From a virus (Duplodnaviria > Caudoviricetes), in IMG/VR virus record IMGVR_UViG_3300036790_000104, positions 1 to 48,047 of that record: DNA of 48,047 bases. One strand, given 5' to 3'. The translations under genes were made by a program, and so were the position numbers. The notes beneath the pieces are model-generated. The model was not told the origin of the DNA. It searched no databases and saw only the letters and a list, made by a program, of their open reading frames with translations. Below are positions 16,975 through 27,589 of this stretch, piece after piece; the stretch's first letter is position 1; each line of letters begins with the position of its first letter.

Positions 16975-18219
16975 ATGTCACAAACACCAAACTTCACTTC
17001 CGATTACCTCTACAGATACAGCAATGACGAATGCCATAGTGACTTCCACTTCTGGGCTTCCCTTACACTCATCGGTGCTGTTCTTGGGCCTAGAGTATAC
17101 ATTAATCACGGACGCTTTAAGGCGATACCCGTGTTATTCACTGTTCTTGTTGGAACGGCTGGAAGTGGAAAGTCCTCAGCCAAAGATGTTGTTCGTGATT
17201 TGATGACCGACTTCTTCCCTGACTACATGCTCTCTGCCTCTTTTCAATCACCTGGTGATTTTCTCGAACAACTAGGAATGCCAGAAGCCTTACGCTGTTT
17301 TGAAGAACGAGCTAAACCTGGTTCGATTAAGGAGTATCGACCTGCATTCTTACTAATCAACGAACTAGCTTCGTTCCTCTCCATCGACCACCAGCGAATG
17401 ATCGCCACCCTTATCGACATCTTCGACGCCAAAGCCGTATCAACCGGTTTCAAGAAAAGTCGACGTGAGGGGATGAATCAAACGATGCAGAACCCGCATA
17501 TTCCGATGATTGCATGTGTGCAACCCAAGTGGTTCATGTCTAACATGAAGATGGATTTGTTCGAGACGGGGTTAGGAAGGCGAATGTGCATCGTCTTCCG
17601 GGATAAAGGAAAACTAAACCACGACCCGCAGTTTCCAGAAGATTCACAGCCACATTGGAACCGTGTTTTACTGCATCTAAAACGCCTATACGACGACAAA
17701 ACCCAAGGCGAATGTAAACTAACAGCCGAAAGCCAAGAATGGTGGAAGGATTATTACTATGACAAAGAAAGACGAAAGAAAAGTGAAGACCCTCTTATTA
17801 GTGAGTTTCAGGAAACGGAGCATATGGTTCTACTGCGAGTGGCTCTTATACTTAGTTTCTGTGAGTATGAATTTAAATATCTTATTACATCACAGCACTT
17901 ACAACTCGCTCGAATATTATTGGACAATCTTAAACCTGATATTATTCGGCTTACTGGTGGTATTGGTTCTAATCCTATGGCGGGAGTAATCCAACAAATG
18001 CTCGACTTCGTCCGCATCAACAACGGCATGGTTCGCGAAATACGAGTGAAGCAGTCATTCTGGAAAATATGTCCACGTGGCACAATGGACTACGATATGG
18101 GATTGAAGCAGTTAGTGGAGACGAAGATGTTAGTCATGGCCGACATTGGAACCGATATGCCGGTGCGGTGGTGCTTCACTCCCGAAGGTTGGGAGAAGTA
18201 TAATAATCCCAAGAAGTAA
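16975..18219 (+). CDS. DUF3987-like P-loop ATPase (putative replicative helicase)
   Basis: Walker A LVGTAGSGKSS, Walker B LLINELASFL, GLGRR; follows polA. Confidence 0.7.
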   Translation: MSQTPNFTSDYLYRYSNDECHSDFHFWASLTLIGAVLGPRVYINHGRFKAIPVLFTVLVGTAGSGKSSAKDVVRDLMTDFFPDYMLSASFQSPGDFLEQLGMPEALRCFEERAKPGSIKEYRPAFLLINELASFLSIDHQRMIATLIDIFDAKAVSTGFKKSRREGMNQTMQNPHIPMIACVQPKWFMSNMKMDLFETGLGRRMCIVFRDKGKLNHDPQFPEDSQPHWNRVLLHLKRLYDDKTQGECKLTAESQEWWKDYYYDKERRKKSEDPLISEFQETEHMVLLRVALILSFCEYEFKYLITSQHLQLARILLDNLKPDIIRLTGGIGSNPMAGVIQQMLDFVRINNGMVREIRVKQSFWKICPRGTMDYDMGLKQLVETKMLVMADIGTDMPVRWCFTPEGWEKYNNPKK

Positions 18220-18240
18220 TATTCACTTTGTGAAACTTAC
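18216..18240. promoter_or_regulatory. 25-bp palindromic site 5 at the convergence of both arms
   Basis: GTAATATTCACTTTGTGAAACTTAC; supplies the stop codons of both convergent genes (18217-18219 and 18237-18239). Confidence 0.9.
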
Positions 18241-21200
18241 TCCTCCTTCCCAATCAAATTCCTCATCTTATTCCTCGCAACCCCATGAGCACTTTTAATA
18301 AACCCCTGGAGAACCTTCTCCTTCATTTCCTGAGTCGTCTGCCGCTCAACAAACGGCTTGGCTTTACGGATAGCGTCCTCATATGAACTCACCATTATAT
18401 CCATATACTGTTCCCGCTCTTTCGGCAATAGATATACCCGCACTCCGGTCTGCGTTAAGTATTCTGCAAAACCGGGAACCTGGAGATGTTGTGCTTTTAA
18501 CCACTGCTGAGTATCAGGCTTTAGTTCTTTGTTCAATTGTGCTTCAACCTGCTTCGCCCGTTTAGCCTCGTCCATTGATAGCTCCAACTTCTGTTGCTGA
18601 GTCATTTGAGAGCGATCCTGCTTTTGGAAAGTCTTCTGCGTCGCGGCGCGCTCACGAAGTGATTGCTTCTCTAACCCCGGAACCTGCTGTTCCTGTTCAA
18701 ACAGTGACGGTTTTCGACCAACAGAATACCCCGTTGCCTGGATCAGCGGTGATGCAACTGCACTGGTTTTGGAAGCGCCTTCTTCTTTTGCTTGGAATAG
18801 TTTTGCTATACTGGGGTTTGCAGATTTTAATGCAGCTAGTAAGTTAGCTCCAAGTTTATCATCTGGGTTCTCACTAACCAAATAACCAGAACGATCACGA
18901 CCGGTTAAAACTGTTGCAGCAAACCCAACCGCTGGCCCCTCGTATGGTGAAGCAAACCCTCTTGCAATATCCATAAACGCATCGTTCATTATATCTTTTT
19001 CAGAACGTCCTTGCTTTGCGTCTTTATACGCGGCCTCTACTCCTAAATTACGAAGCCCCCTACGCACTAAAATATTTTGAACAAGATCGAGCTGTTTTGG
19101 TCGTCCTTTTTCATCATCACTACCTAAATCTAAAGCACCTGGGTGAATTCCCGGTCGCCCCCAGATTGACCCGGTCTTGTAATAATTCCACACCATGGGT
19201 AATGCTAATAAAGTGCCAGCCAAACCAACCAACTCAACCAACCTCATCTTCACCGCAGCTTCGGGATTTGCCGCTGCAATACCCGGATTTAACAACAACC
19301 GTTGCATAGCTAAAGAATTAAACTTTTTTCCCGCTGCTATAAAAGGAGAGAAGCCGGTTTCCTTAACATATTGTTCTAACTTAGTCATTAACCTCGTGTT
19401 ATATTGTCCAAGTTTATTAACCGCTTCTCGTCTTCCTTCTTCAGTATCAGCGGCCCAGCCTCTCTCGACCATGTTGTCATACATCCTAGACATGGCAAGG
19501 CGTCCTGACTTATCCATAGCTTTGATCATAGCATTGGATACTCTACCCAACCATCCAGAATGTTGTGAATAACTACGAACAGCCCCGCTTTCAGCTAATT
19601 TAGCCAGTTCTTTTTCTGTCCTTAAAGGTTGTGCGCGATCAAAATACGACATCAAATCAAACTTATCACCAGACATTTCAAGTCCACGATTAGCTAAATT
19701 TTGTAAAAATAGTTGTATTTTAGGATCGGTTAGTAATATATCCTTATACGCTTTTCCAACTCGAACAAACGTATCTAAACCACGAATGCCCGGCACTTTT
19801 CTAGCTAAATCACCTAAAACATTAACACTTCCTCCTTGTGAACCTGAAATGGCTGAAAAGATGTTTCGTAAATGGGTAACAACATCAACTGGCCCGGCCA
19901 ATTGAACTTGAGCTAACGCATTAAACATATGACGCATTGCTCCTTGCTGTATAGGTGAGTCTGTCTGCAACGCCTGTCTCAACTCCCCGGCTATATCGTG
20001 TCGAAAATAACGATTCTCAGTGCGCCCTCGTCCCTTGTCAATAGTAATCTTCTGAAACCCCTCGGCGGGTTCTGCCTTGCTCAAACCCGCTTTGACATAG
20101 GTGTCATATAAATCACGCTTAGTGCTTTCCTCATAATTACCCTGCACCATTCGTTCAGCAATTGAACGAAAGTTGAAGTCGTATTTACGTGCCGTGCCCT
20201 TTGCCTCTTTGTTGAACACCGAACCACGCTTCAACGGATTCGTGAGGTCGCCTTTTTTACTCCCACCACTCAGTGCATAATCTGCAATATTCTCACCCTC
20301 GGCATCCTGCAACGCCCGTAAATTAACAAACGCACCACTCTCCGGGCCGCTTGCGGCTATTTTACCACCGAGTTGTTTTTGCCGTTCCAACGTTGGTTGC
20401 CCAATAATCTTCTCAAATCGTTGTAACGCCGATTGCACCTCCGGGTCTTTCAAAGCTGCTTTAAACTCTGCATCAGTTTTAATCGGACTATCCTCCTGCT
20501 CCCAGATATGACGCACCACTGCCGCTTTGTCCTTCTCGTCGTTTTCAATGAAGGTATCACGGATAGCACGAAGACGATCTTCAACTAATACAGCACCAAA
20601 CTTATTCAACCACTGCTGATCATTCCAATGCTCTCCTGCTACCTCCGACACGGCGGCCTTCGCCATTAGCGGTGCAGCGATGCGGGCACTCGCATACCGC
20701 ACTAAAGCATTCCCCGCTTCCTTCGATGATGCCATTGTTTTGGGTGCGGTCACACCAGCTATTTGATTTAACTTCTGTTTAACTCCTTCACGCCAAGTCT
20801 TCGGCCCTTTCAAATCCGTAAAAAGAGAATCCCCCAACCATATAACATCCTCAGCTGGTAGTCCCCCTTTATCCTCCGAAGGCAACTGTGGCATCTGCTT
20901 AACCCCCACCTCTCCCACAAACCTCTTTCGCACTTGATCCAACTGTCCTGGCAACTTCTCTCTCGACCCCTCACCCATTTGCATGAAGGTGTCGAAGGAC
21001 TTTTCGAGGACTGTGCCGGGTTTGATACCGAGGGCTGACATGATAGCAGAGTAGATGCGGCGGAAAATGGAGTCTTTGTTCTCAACTCGAATATTATCCA
21101 AAAACTCACGAAAGCGATGGTCGCCAAATACACCAGCGATAAACTCCGAACCATCTTGGAGGGCGTATAAGGTTGTATACCACTTATGCACATCTAACCC

Positions 21201-23954
21201 ATGCGCCTCGAACATATTTTGCAACTGGTCAAACGACATTTGAGGATTCTTGGTCAATTCAGTTTTGAACTGTCCATTGTAAAACTCTTTAACAGCTTTC
21301 GGCAACGAATCAACCGTCAACTCTATCAACTTATCAATATCAGCTTTCGCCAACCGCTGTTCGCTGGTTGCGGGATTCTCATACACCCAGTGCATTGCAG
21401 CGTGTGCCGCTTCGTGGAGAAAGGTATCAACCGCGTTATAACCATTCTCCTTCAAGTCCATATATATTTTATGGGAATCGGGGCCGCTGTATATGTAAGC
21501 AGCACGCCCGCCATAAGGGTTCTCACCAGGTTCAACACCAGCGAAGTCGAGAATATGGGAGAAGTGTCGATCGAGGAACGAGGCGAATTCTTTTTGCTGT
21601 GTAGTAGCGTCGCCGCGCTCAGCAATATGACGAGCGACATCACCGGCTGTCGAGGGTTTGGTTAAACCGAGTTGTTCTTTAGCACGACGCTCGGCAGGGA
21701 ATTGTTGGGGTGCTTGTTTAGACGTTATAGGGGTTTTGTCTTTGTCGAACAAGGAGAAAGTGTCTCGCTCTTTTACCTTCGATAAATCATACGAACGAGC
21801 GGTGATGGAGGTTTTGGGTTTGTCGCCTTCACGGAAGATTAGGTCTTTGCGTGGAGTATCTAACATTAAACGTCCACCAGCGGGTAAGCCTTCACCAAAA
21901 TCTGTTCGTTCTTTATCAAATGCCATTTTATGATTGCCAAACTCTTTACGCTCCCCTTCACTCCCAGTCAACTCTTTCAACAAACGTGGACCGAGAGTGT
22001 CGTAGTGAAGATGCATTCCTTTTTCTTGGAGTATATCTTTATTAAAAATTAAATCACCACCGTATTTAATTTGAGCACGTTTAAGTTCTGGCATAGTAGC
22101 CATTATTTTGCCATCATTGATAGACCAACCATCTTTTTGTGCAGCTTCAAACTTAGCTTCTGGTAGTTTAAGTTCACCAGTTACAGTAGCTCCCCTATCA
22201 TGCCCCTCTGTCATCATCGCTGTCTCCGCATCACTCAACGCAATATGCTTCGCGCCTTGGTCGATGGCGTGTTGGATAGCGGCTTTGAGGGTGAGGCGTT
22301 CGTAGTCTTGGAGGAGGGGGTAAGTTTGTCTTGTTCCATATTTTTGTTGATAACTTTCATCTCCTTGGTTTTGTCTATCTTCTTTAACTTGTTGCGCCCA
22401 ATCACTCTGAACCTCTATCACATGAAACGTATCACCTTCCATATATCCACGAAAGAAACCGAGGGTGTTGGGTGGGAAGGAGTGGGAGGAGGGGAATAAT
22501 TCTCCTCCACGCTGAGCAGCATCGTTTGCTGTTCCAAAAGGCTTACGCATTTCTTCTGACATTTTTTTTGTGTCCACTGGCAACACAACCGCCCCCTCCA
22601 CATACCCAGGCATTTGTGACTCAGGTTTGGGGGCTATGGATTGCCAGTGTGAAGTTTTACTTGAACGACCTTCTGATTCTGTTTCTTTCGCTAAAGCCAC
22701 AAATTGACGTGCTTTTTCATAATTCTCACGAGCAAGATCGTGTAATTTTACATCAGGAAAAAGCCCTGAAACAACACGATCAATAATATTACGAGAACCA
22801 CCATCAAGATTATCATACCAAGAATGTTGAAGCTGTCGAAACTCTTTCATTTTAGGAGATTGAGTTGCTTCTCCTGCTTTAACCACCTCCACACGCGGCC
22901 CCTTCTCCTGCATCCACTTTGCCAACTCCTCACCACTTGGCTTCTCCTTCAACTTCTCCTCCAACCCTTGCTTCTTGTATATGTCTAACTCAGCCGCCGA
23001 CAGTTTTCCCGACGTCGTCAAATTCTGCAACCGATTCAACGTCTGTTCCGGTGCCGCCTTCGACGGATCGAAGCCGATTTCCGACGCAGCGTTGCGAGCA
23101 AGATACGGACCGGTGAGAACCATCTCACGCCCTTGCAACTCCTTCTCAGGGGTTTTCAACTGTGCCGGTATCTGCTTCGCCTTGGGGGTTGTATCGACTT
23201 GCTGATACTGCGGTTGTGCTTCCTTAATCTTGGCCAATTGTTCAGGTGATACAACCGGTTCCTTTGTAACCGAAACACCCGGTTTCTTGATCTCGGCAAT
23301 CCCTGGTTCAACCACTCCCAACGCACCAAGACCAGCAGTTGTAACCCCCTCTCCCACTTTCTTCGCCTGCTCCATCGGAGTCGTCTGACTTGCTGGAGTC
23401 CCTGCCACCTCACCTAACGTCTGCGCCCCTTGTTTAACCATCGAAGCACCAAACAACACAGGCAATGCTCCTTTAATCAGCGGAGCGATAGCAGGAAAAG
23501 CACGAATTAAACCAGCACCTGTCAACATTAAACCTGCATTAGCTGGAGTTAATTGACTTGCAACCCCCTCTCCAACACCCAGAGCACCACCTACAATCCG
23601 CTGAGTGGTCGGACTCCATTTAGCCGCTGTTTCCTTCGTGGGTTCGGGGATTGAGGGGTGTATATTGAGAAGATTCCCAATCTGCGATACAATCGGCCCT
23701 AGTGCATTAGGGTCATAGGGTATATTAAGTATACGTGGATCGCCCGCTTTGATGTAAGATTCACTTTGTGAAACTAACGGCGAAGGAGCTAGCGGCACCG
23801 GTTGAGCAACCTGTGGTGTATTAACCTGAGTGCCCGGCATTCCATACGTTGGCGGCTTAACCCCCTTCTGCAACGCTGCTTGTATCTCCCCCGGTTGCAT
23901 TGAGTCGGGAAACTCCACCATCCCAATATTAGGAACTGCAACTGTGGTAGGCAT
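18237..23954 (-). CDS. large polyvalent internal virion/DNA-ejection protein with zincin motif
   Basis: 1905 aa, last gene of the ejection cluster; FLHEAAHAA...EFIAG; IEVQSDW motif. Confidence 0.75.
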   Translation of the reverse strand: MPTTVAVPNIGMVEFPDSMQPGEIQAALQKGVKPPTYGMPGTQVNTPQVAQPVPLAPSPLVSQSESYIKAGDPRILNIPYDPNALGPIVSQIGNLLNIHPSIPEPTKETAAKWSPTTQRIVGGALGVGEGVASQLTPANAGLMLTGAGLIRAFPAIAPLIKGALPVLFGASMVKQGAQTLGEVAGTPASQTTPMEQAKKVGEGVTTAGLGALGVVEPGIAEIKKPGVSVTKEPVVSPEQLAKIKEAQPQYQQVDTTPKAKQIPAQLKTPEKELQGREMVLTGPYLARNAASEIGFDPSKAAPEQTLNRLQNLTTSGKLSAAELDIYKKQGLEEKLKEKPSGEELAKWMQEKGPRVEVVKAGEATQSPKMKEFRQLQHSWYDNLDGGSRNIIDRVVSGLFPDVKLHDLARENYEKARQFVALAKETESEGRSSKTSHWQSIAPKPESQMPGYVEGAVVLPVDTKKMSEEMRKPFGTANDAAQRGGELFPSSHSFPPNTLGFFRGYMEGDTFHVIEVQSDWAQQVKEDRQNQGDESYQQKYGTRQTYPLLQDYERLTLKAAIQHAIDQGAKHIALSDAETAMMTEGHDRGATVTGELKLPEAKFEAAQKDGWSINDGKIMATMPELKRAQIKYGGDLIFNKDILQEKGMHLHYDTLGPRLLKELTGSEGERKEFGNHKMAFDKERTDFGEGLPAGGRLMLDTPRKDLIFREGDKPKTSITARSYDLSKVKERDTFSLFDKDKTPITSKQAPQQFPAERRAKEQLGLTKPSTAGDVARHIAERGDATTQQKEFASFLDRHFSHILDFAGVEPGENPYGGRAAYIYSGPDSHKIYMDLKENGYNAVDTFLHEAAHAAMHWVYENPATSEQRLAKADIDKLIELTVDSLPKAVKEFYNGQFKTELTKNPQMSFDQLQNMFEAHGLDVHKWYTTLYALQDGSEFIAGVFGDHRFREFLDNIRVENKDSIFRRIYSAIMSALGIKPGTVLEKSFDTFMQMGEGSREKLPGQLDQVRKRFVGEVGVKQMPQLPSEDKGGLPAEDVIWLGDSLFTDLKGPKTWREGVKQKLNQIAGVTAPKTMASSKEAGNALVRYASARIAAPLMAKAAVSEVAGEHWNDQQWLNKFGAVLVEDRLRAIRDTFIENDEKDKAAVVRHIWEQEDSPIKTDAEFKAALKDPEVQSALQRFEKIIGQPTLERQKQLGGKIAASGPESGAFVNLRALQDAEGENIADYALSGGSKKGDLTNPLKRGSVFNKEAKGTARKYDFNFRSIAERMVQGNYEESTKRDLYDTYVKAGLSKAEPAEGFQKITIDKGRGRTENRYFRHDIAGELRQALQTDSPIQQGAMRHMFNALAQVQLAGPVDVVTHLRNIFSAISGSQGGSVNVLGDLARKVPGIRGLDTFVRVGKAYKDILLTDPKIQLFLQNLANRGLEMSGDKFDLMSYFDRAQPLRTEKELAKLAESGAVRSYSQHSGWLGRVSNAMIKAMDKSGRLAMSRMYDNMVERGWAADTEEGRREAVNKLGQYNTRLMTKLEQYVKETGFSPFIAAGKKFNSLAMQRLLLNPGIAAANPEAAVKMRLVELVGLAGTLLALPMVWNYYKTGSIWGRPGIHPGALDLGSDDEKGRPKQLDLVQNILVRRGLRNLGVEAAYKDAKQGRSEKDIMNDAFMDIARGFASPYEGPAVGFAATVLTGRDRSGYLVSENPDDKLGANLLAALKSANPSIAKLFQAKEEGASKTSAVASPLIQATGYSVGRKPSLFEQEQQVPGLEKQSLRERAATQKTFQKQDRSQMTQQQKLELSMDEAKRAKQVEAQLNKELKPDTQQWLKAQHLQVPGFAEYLTQTGVRVYLLPKEREQYMDIMVSSYEDAIRKAKPFVERQTTQEMKEKVLQGFIKSAHGVARNKMRNLIGKEE
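23754..23778 (-). promoter_or_regulatory. 25-bp palindromic site 6 (intragenic, one flank mismatch)
   Basis: GTAAGATTCACTTTGTGAAACTAAC. Confidence 0.8.
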
Positions 23955-24625
23955 TATGGTTGTGGGATTAGTTGGCCCGTCGAAGGGTCGAATTTGAATT
24001 TACGTTGTGTGGATAACGTAGGCGGTTGTGCTGCATCGCCTAAACCACGAGTTGGAATCTGTGGATTCTGTCCCTGCTCCTGTGCCGCCCCTGTCTTAAT
24101 CGCCGACACATAATCATGAAACGCTTTCACTTGTTCTGGAGGTATTTCCGGTTGTTCGGCCGGATTCCTGTCCAACAACGTCATCATCTCTTTCACCGTC
24201 CGTCCACCAAACTCAGGATGCCGTTCTGTCTCTAAAGCACGATCACCTTTACCCAGGTGTTCCATTGCTATACGCTCACCCGCTGTTTGTTCCATCGCTT
24301 TATCGTGTCGAACGGTTTCCTGTTGTTTTTCGCCCGCCTGATGATTATGAACAATATCACCTAAACCTTTAGAGAACGCCGACTCTTTACGTGTCTCAGC
24401 GTTTTTGGACTCAACTCCCACCCGCTTTTGTTCTAATCTAAGTCGTTGTGTTTCAATATCATTTTGAAATCCACGTTGTTTTAACTGTGCTGCATTAGCT
24501 AACAACTCTTGAGCCATTTGTGCCTTCTTCAGCGGTAGGTTGATCAACGCTTCCGTAAGCCGATCACCAATCGCGCCACCAAAGTTCGCAGCGTCTTGCC
24601 AAGGAGATGAATGAATGTATGACAT
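23954..24625 (-). CDS. putative ejection/internal virion protein
   Basis: Q/E-rich coiled coil; position in ejection cluster. Confidence 0.6.
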   Translation of the reverse strand: MSYIHSSPWQDAANFGGAIGDRLTEALINLPLKKAQMAQELLANAAQLKQRGFQNDIETQRLRLEQKRVGVESKNAETRKESAFSKGLGDIVHNHQAGEKQQETVRHDKAMEQTAGERIAMEHLGKGDRALETERHPEFGGRTVKEMMTLLDRNPAEQPEIPPEQVKAFHDYVSAIKTGAAQEQGQNPQIPTRGLGDAAQPPTLSTQRKFKFDPSTGQLIPQP

Positions 24626-24628
24626 ATA

Positions 24629-25297
24629 TTATCCGGGGGTTTGATCGGTATAAGAGTTATAAGCGGGGGCTGACGGCTGTTGGGTGAAGGAGTTTAATTT
24701 GTTGAGCAACGCCTGATACGACGAATTAGCACCCTGCGCTGAATTATACGCAGAACCCAACGTTGCCAACGACCCAATAGCAGAACCAACAGCTTGCCCT
24801 TGCTGTCCTTTTGCCGCGTCCAACGATAAATTCGCAGGAAGCGTCGACGCCGCTGATGAACCAATCGCAGCTAAATTACCAAGCTGTGCATTCGTCTGAG
24901 TATTCCCCACATTCCACGCCGTTTCCAACGCTGGATACTGTTGCAACGAAGCATTAGCCTGTTGGCCTTGGGCGACAGCCGCCTGTGTTCGTGCGTCCAC
25001 TTGTTTCGACGGTGGAGCATTAACCAACTGCGGTTGAGTAGAAGCAGGAGCCGCTGCAACTTTCTGATACTGCGCTAACGCCTGATCCTGTCCTTGCTGC
25101 AACGCTGGGGCTTTCGTTGCCTGTTGTAAATTCTGTTGATAAATCGGAGTCGCACGTTTCTGCAACGCTTCCTCCTGATTAACCACATTTGCCGTATCCT
25201 GATTCATCTTGGACTGCGCGGCTTGGGTTTGTTCAATACCGTAACCAGCACCGGCGGCTGAGACGGCTAATGTTAACGCGGGAATAATAGCTGGCAT
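24629..25297 (-). CDS. putative ejection protein (P22 gp7/T7 gp14-like position)
   Basis: hydrophobic A/G N-terminus, A/Q-rich. Confidence 0.6.
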   Translation of the reverse strand: MPAIIPALTLAVSAAGAGYGIEQTQAAQSKMNQDTANVVNQEEALQKRATPIYQQNLQQATKAPALQQGQDQALAQYQKVAAAPASTQPQLVNAPPSKQVDARTQAAVAQGQQANASLQQYPALETAWNVGNTQTNAQLGNLAAIGSSAASTLPANLSLDAAKGQQGQAVGSAIGSLATLGSAYNSAQGANSSYQALLNKLNSFTQQPSAPAYNSYTDQTPG

Positions 25298-25300
25298 AGT

Positions 25301-25915
25301 TTAATAGTTAGGAGCAGCTGCGCCACCCCCAGTTGAAGTTGCTTGATTTAGGTAAGGAGAGTATAAAGCAAGAGCCAATTGATTTGACTGATTCGCATTG
25401 TCGGCAGTTTGATTAGCTAGAAACATATTTGACCAGTTGGAGAACAAATTACCAATCGGTGCAAACGTTGAAGGAGCTGCGGTTTGAGCAGCTAAGTTCG
25501 CTGCCGACTGTCCAATCTGTGTTGGATTCTGTGATGACTGTAACTGTCCATACAACTGCGATTCCTCACTCGCCGCTTGCTGTTGCACCGACTGTGCAGC
25601 CCCTTGTCCCTGATTAACCACCTGCTGTTCTCCTTGGGCGAGTTGTTTATTCAACGACGAACCAAGATTTTGAGCGGCGGAAGACTTCTGAATACCCTGA
25701 TCCGCTGTTTTATAGTTTAGGTTCTGTGCCGTTTGTCGATAACTATCAAACAACTGAGGCAACTCAGCGTTCTCATATGAAGTCTGCACACCTTGGAAAA
25801 ACTGAGGTGTGAACTTCGATGCAAAGTTTTTTTGTATTGCAGCACCGCCCTGCGTCAAAGCGGCTTGCTGCTGTTGCTGTAATTGGTTTAAAGAGTTGTT
25901 ATTACCCGATGGCAT
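25301..25915 (-). CDS. putative ejection protein
   Basis: Q/A/N-rich helical protein after the nozzle. Confidence 0.6.
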   Translation of the reverse strand: MPSGNNNSLNQLQQQQQAALTQGGAAIQKNFASKFTPQFFQGVQTSYENAELPQLFDSYRQTAQNLNYKTADQGIQKSSAAQNLGSSLNKQLAQGEQQVVNQGQGAAQSVQQQAASEESQLYGQLQSSQNPTQIGQSAANLAAQTAAPSTFAPIGNLFSNWSNMFLANQTADNANQSNQLALALYSPYLNQATSTGGGAAAPNY

Positions 25916-25916
25916 A

Positions 25917-26291
25917 TTATTTGGTTAGTTGTTTGACAAACACATTATCGAAGTTGGACTTCACATACCCCAATTTCTCAACAAAAGGGAATAGTCCACT
26001 GGTTGATTCGACAGGCAACCAAAAGTCCTGCACTCCTTTATCAGCTAACGCTCCTTCAAAATAAGTCATAGCTGTTAAATAATCCCGCTTTCGAGCGTGT
26101 TGTTTTGAAAACCACATATGAACTGATGGCACATTAGCAATAGAGAGATAGCCGATAACTTTCCCACCTCTTTCAATAACATTTGTGGCTCGAATAACAT
26201 GCACATTATCCACAGCCGCCGCCTCAACAAGTCGTTTGATGTTCGACTCGTTCGCTGGACGAATTTCTAACAAAGCCTCCGACGGCTCCAT
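25917..26291 (-). CDS. GNAT-like virion assembly protein (T7 gp13-like position)
   Basis: ERGGKVIGY...FVEKLGY; directly after the nozzle. Confidence 0.55.
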   Translation of the reverse strand: MEPSEALLEIRPANESNIKRLVEAAAVDNVHVIRATNVIERGGKVIGYLSIANVPSVHMWFSKQHARKRDYLTAMTYFEGALADKGVQDFWLPVESTSGLFPFVEKLGYVKSNFDNVFVKQLTK

Positions 26292-26292
26292 A

Positions 26293-27588
26293 TCATCCTT
26301 TTTCATTAGCTGCCTCGTAGTGTAATAACACTTCGCTGAAGGTCGCAGCGGCTCCTGCTCCACCGTTACCATCTCCGTTTGATTGTGCATAGATTGAGAA
26401 GTGAGTGCCAGCGTCGCTATAAGGACAATTGCCTATGTCGAACGAGGCGGTTTTGCTTTTGTAAATCTGGGTGAAATTGGCTTTTGTGGGGTCGGCAAGA
26501 ACGGCAGGATTACCCGCTGAACGCTGATCCATCGAGCAGTAAATCGACCATGAGTCGGGCAAAGGAAGTGCAATACCCCCTTGTCCAGCATTAACTACGA
26601 CATCCACTGCACGTGCTGTTTTGATTGTTCCAGGGGTTTTAGCATCAAGAAAACCTGTCTGCCATTTGGCTTTTGTTGTATCATAGGTGTTATTGTCCGC
26701 CCCGCCATACTGATACGCCGCTTGATTACCATTAGCATCAGTGCCATAAATCCACACCTGTCCATTATACACTTGCATGTAGAAAGGGGTGAAAGAACCC
26801 CCGGTTGAATCCACAGGTGTATACGTGCTCCACGCTAAAATCTTGTTCGAGGGGAAGTAAGAACGAACATAAATAACCCCATTCAACAAACACATATAGC
26901 GTTGGGATGTAGGTTCAACAACAGCACAAGCCAACTGTCCATTCCCGGCTAAAAGAGCATTCTGCACAATAGCATCAATGGGAGAACCATCGTCGGTGAC
27001 GAATGCGTTTTGAACAATCTCACGAGAGCGCAACGAGCGAAAGCCGGTCGTCGCCAAGAAAATAACATCTAATCCTCCAACTGCCTGCACTGACTGTGGA
27101 GCGATGGTACCGATGTTTGTCAGCGTTTGCTGTATGGCCCAGTTTGCTAAGTTAGCATCAACTTGCCATATCTGTACAGTCTGAGATGAAAAGAATGCCA
27201 ACAGCCCCTCAAACGGAGACGCAGCAATAATAGGTTCCGGTGTCGAATACCAATTCGTCAAAGTCAAAAACCCATTGCCCGAAGCGTTAGGATCATTCCA
27301 TACTGTTGGTTCATCAATTGCCGACATGTAAATAGTCGAACCCGCTAACCCATACACTTTGTTATTATACGTAAACACATATGTAAAAACAATCCCCGAT
27401 ACAAACCCAAACCCATACTGAGTCTGTAACCCAGTTAAAGCATCCGTTAAAATTACATCCCATTCATCACCTGGAACCCATGTTCCAGAAAAGACAACTG
27501 AAAAACTTTCATTAACCTCGGGAGTTCCGGCCACTCCACCAGAGAAAGCCTGTGCTTGAGGTGCGACTATTTGTGTTGCGGTTGCCAT
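26293..27588 (-). CDS. tail nozzle/stabilisation protein, C-terminal part
   Basis: beta-propeller-like segments YMSAIDEPTVW, IGTIAPQSV, DVIFLATTGFRSL, ILAWSTY. Confidence 0.75.
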   Translation of the reverse strand: MATATQIVAPQAQAFSGGVAGTPEVNESFSVVFSGTWVPGDEWDVILTDALTGLQTQYGFGFVSGIVFTYVFTYNNKVYGLAGSTIYMSAIDEPTVWNDPNASGNGFLTLTNWYSTPEPIIAASPFEGLLAFFSSQTVQIWQVDANLANWAIQQTLTNIGTIAPQSVQAVGGLDVIFLATTGFRSLRSREIVQNAFVTDDGSPIDAIVQNALLAGNGQLACAVVEPTSQRYMCLLNGVIYVRSYFPSNKILAWSTYTPVDSTGGSFTPFYMQVYNGQVWIYGTDANGNQAAYQYGGADNNTYDTTKAKWQTGFLDAKTPGTIKTARAVDVVVNAGQGGIALPLPDSWSIYCSMDQRSAGNPAVLADPTKANFTQIYKSKTASFDIGNCPYSDAGTHFSIYAQSNGDGNGGAGAAATFSEVLLHYEAANEKG

Positions 27589-27589
27589 A

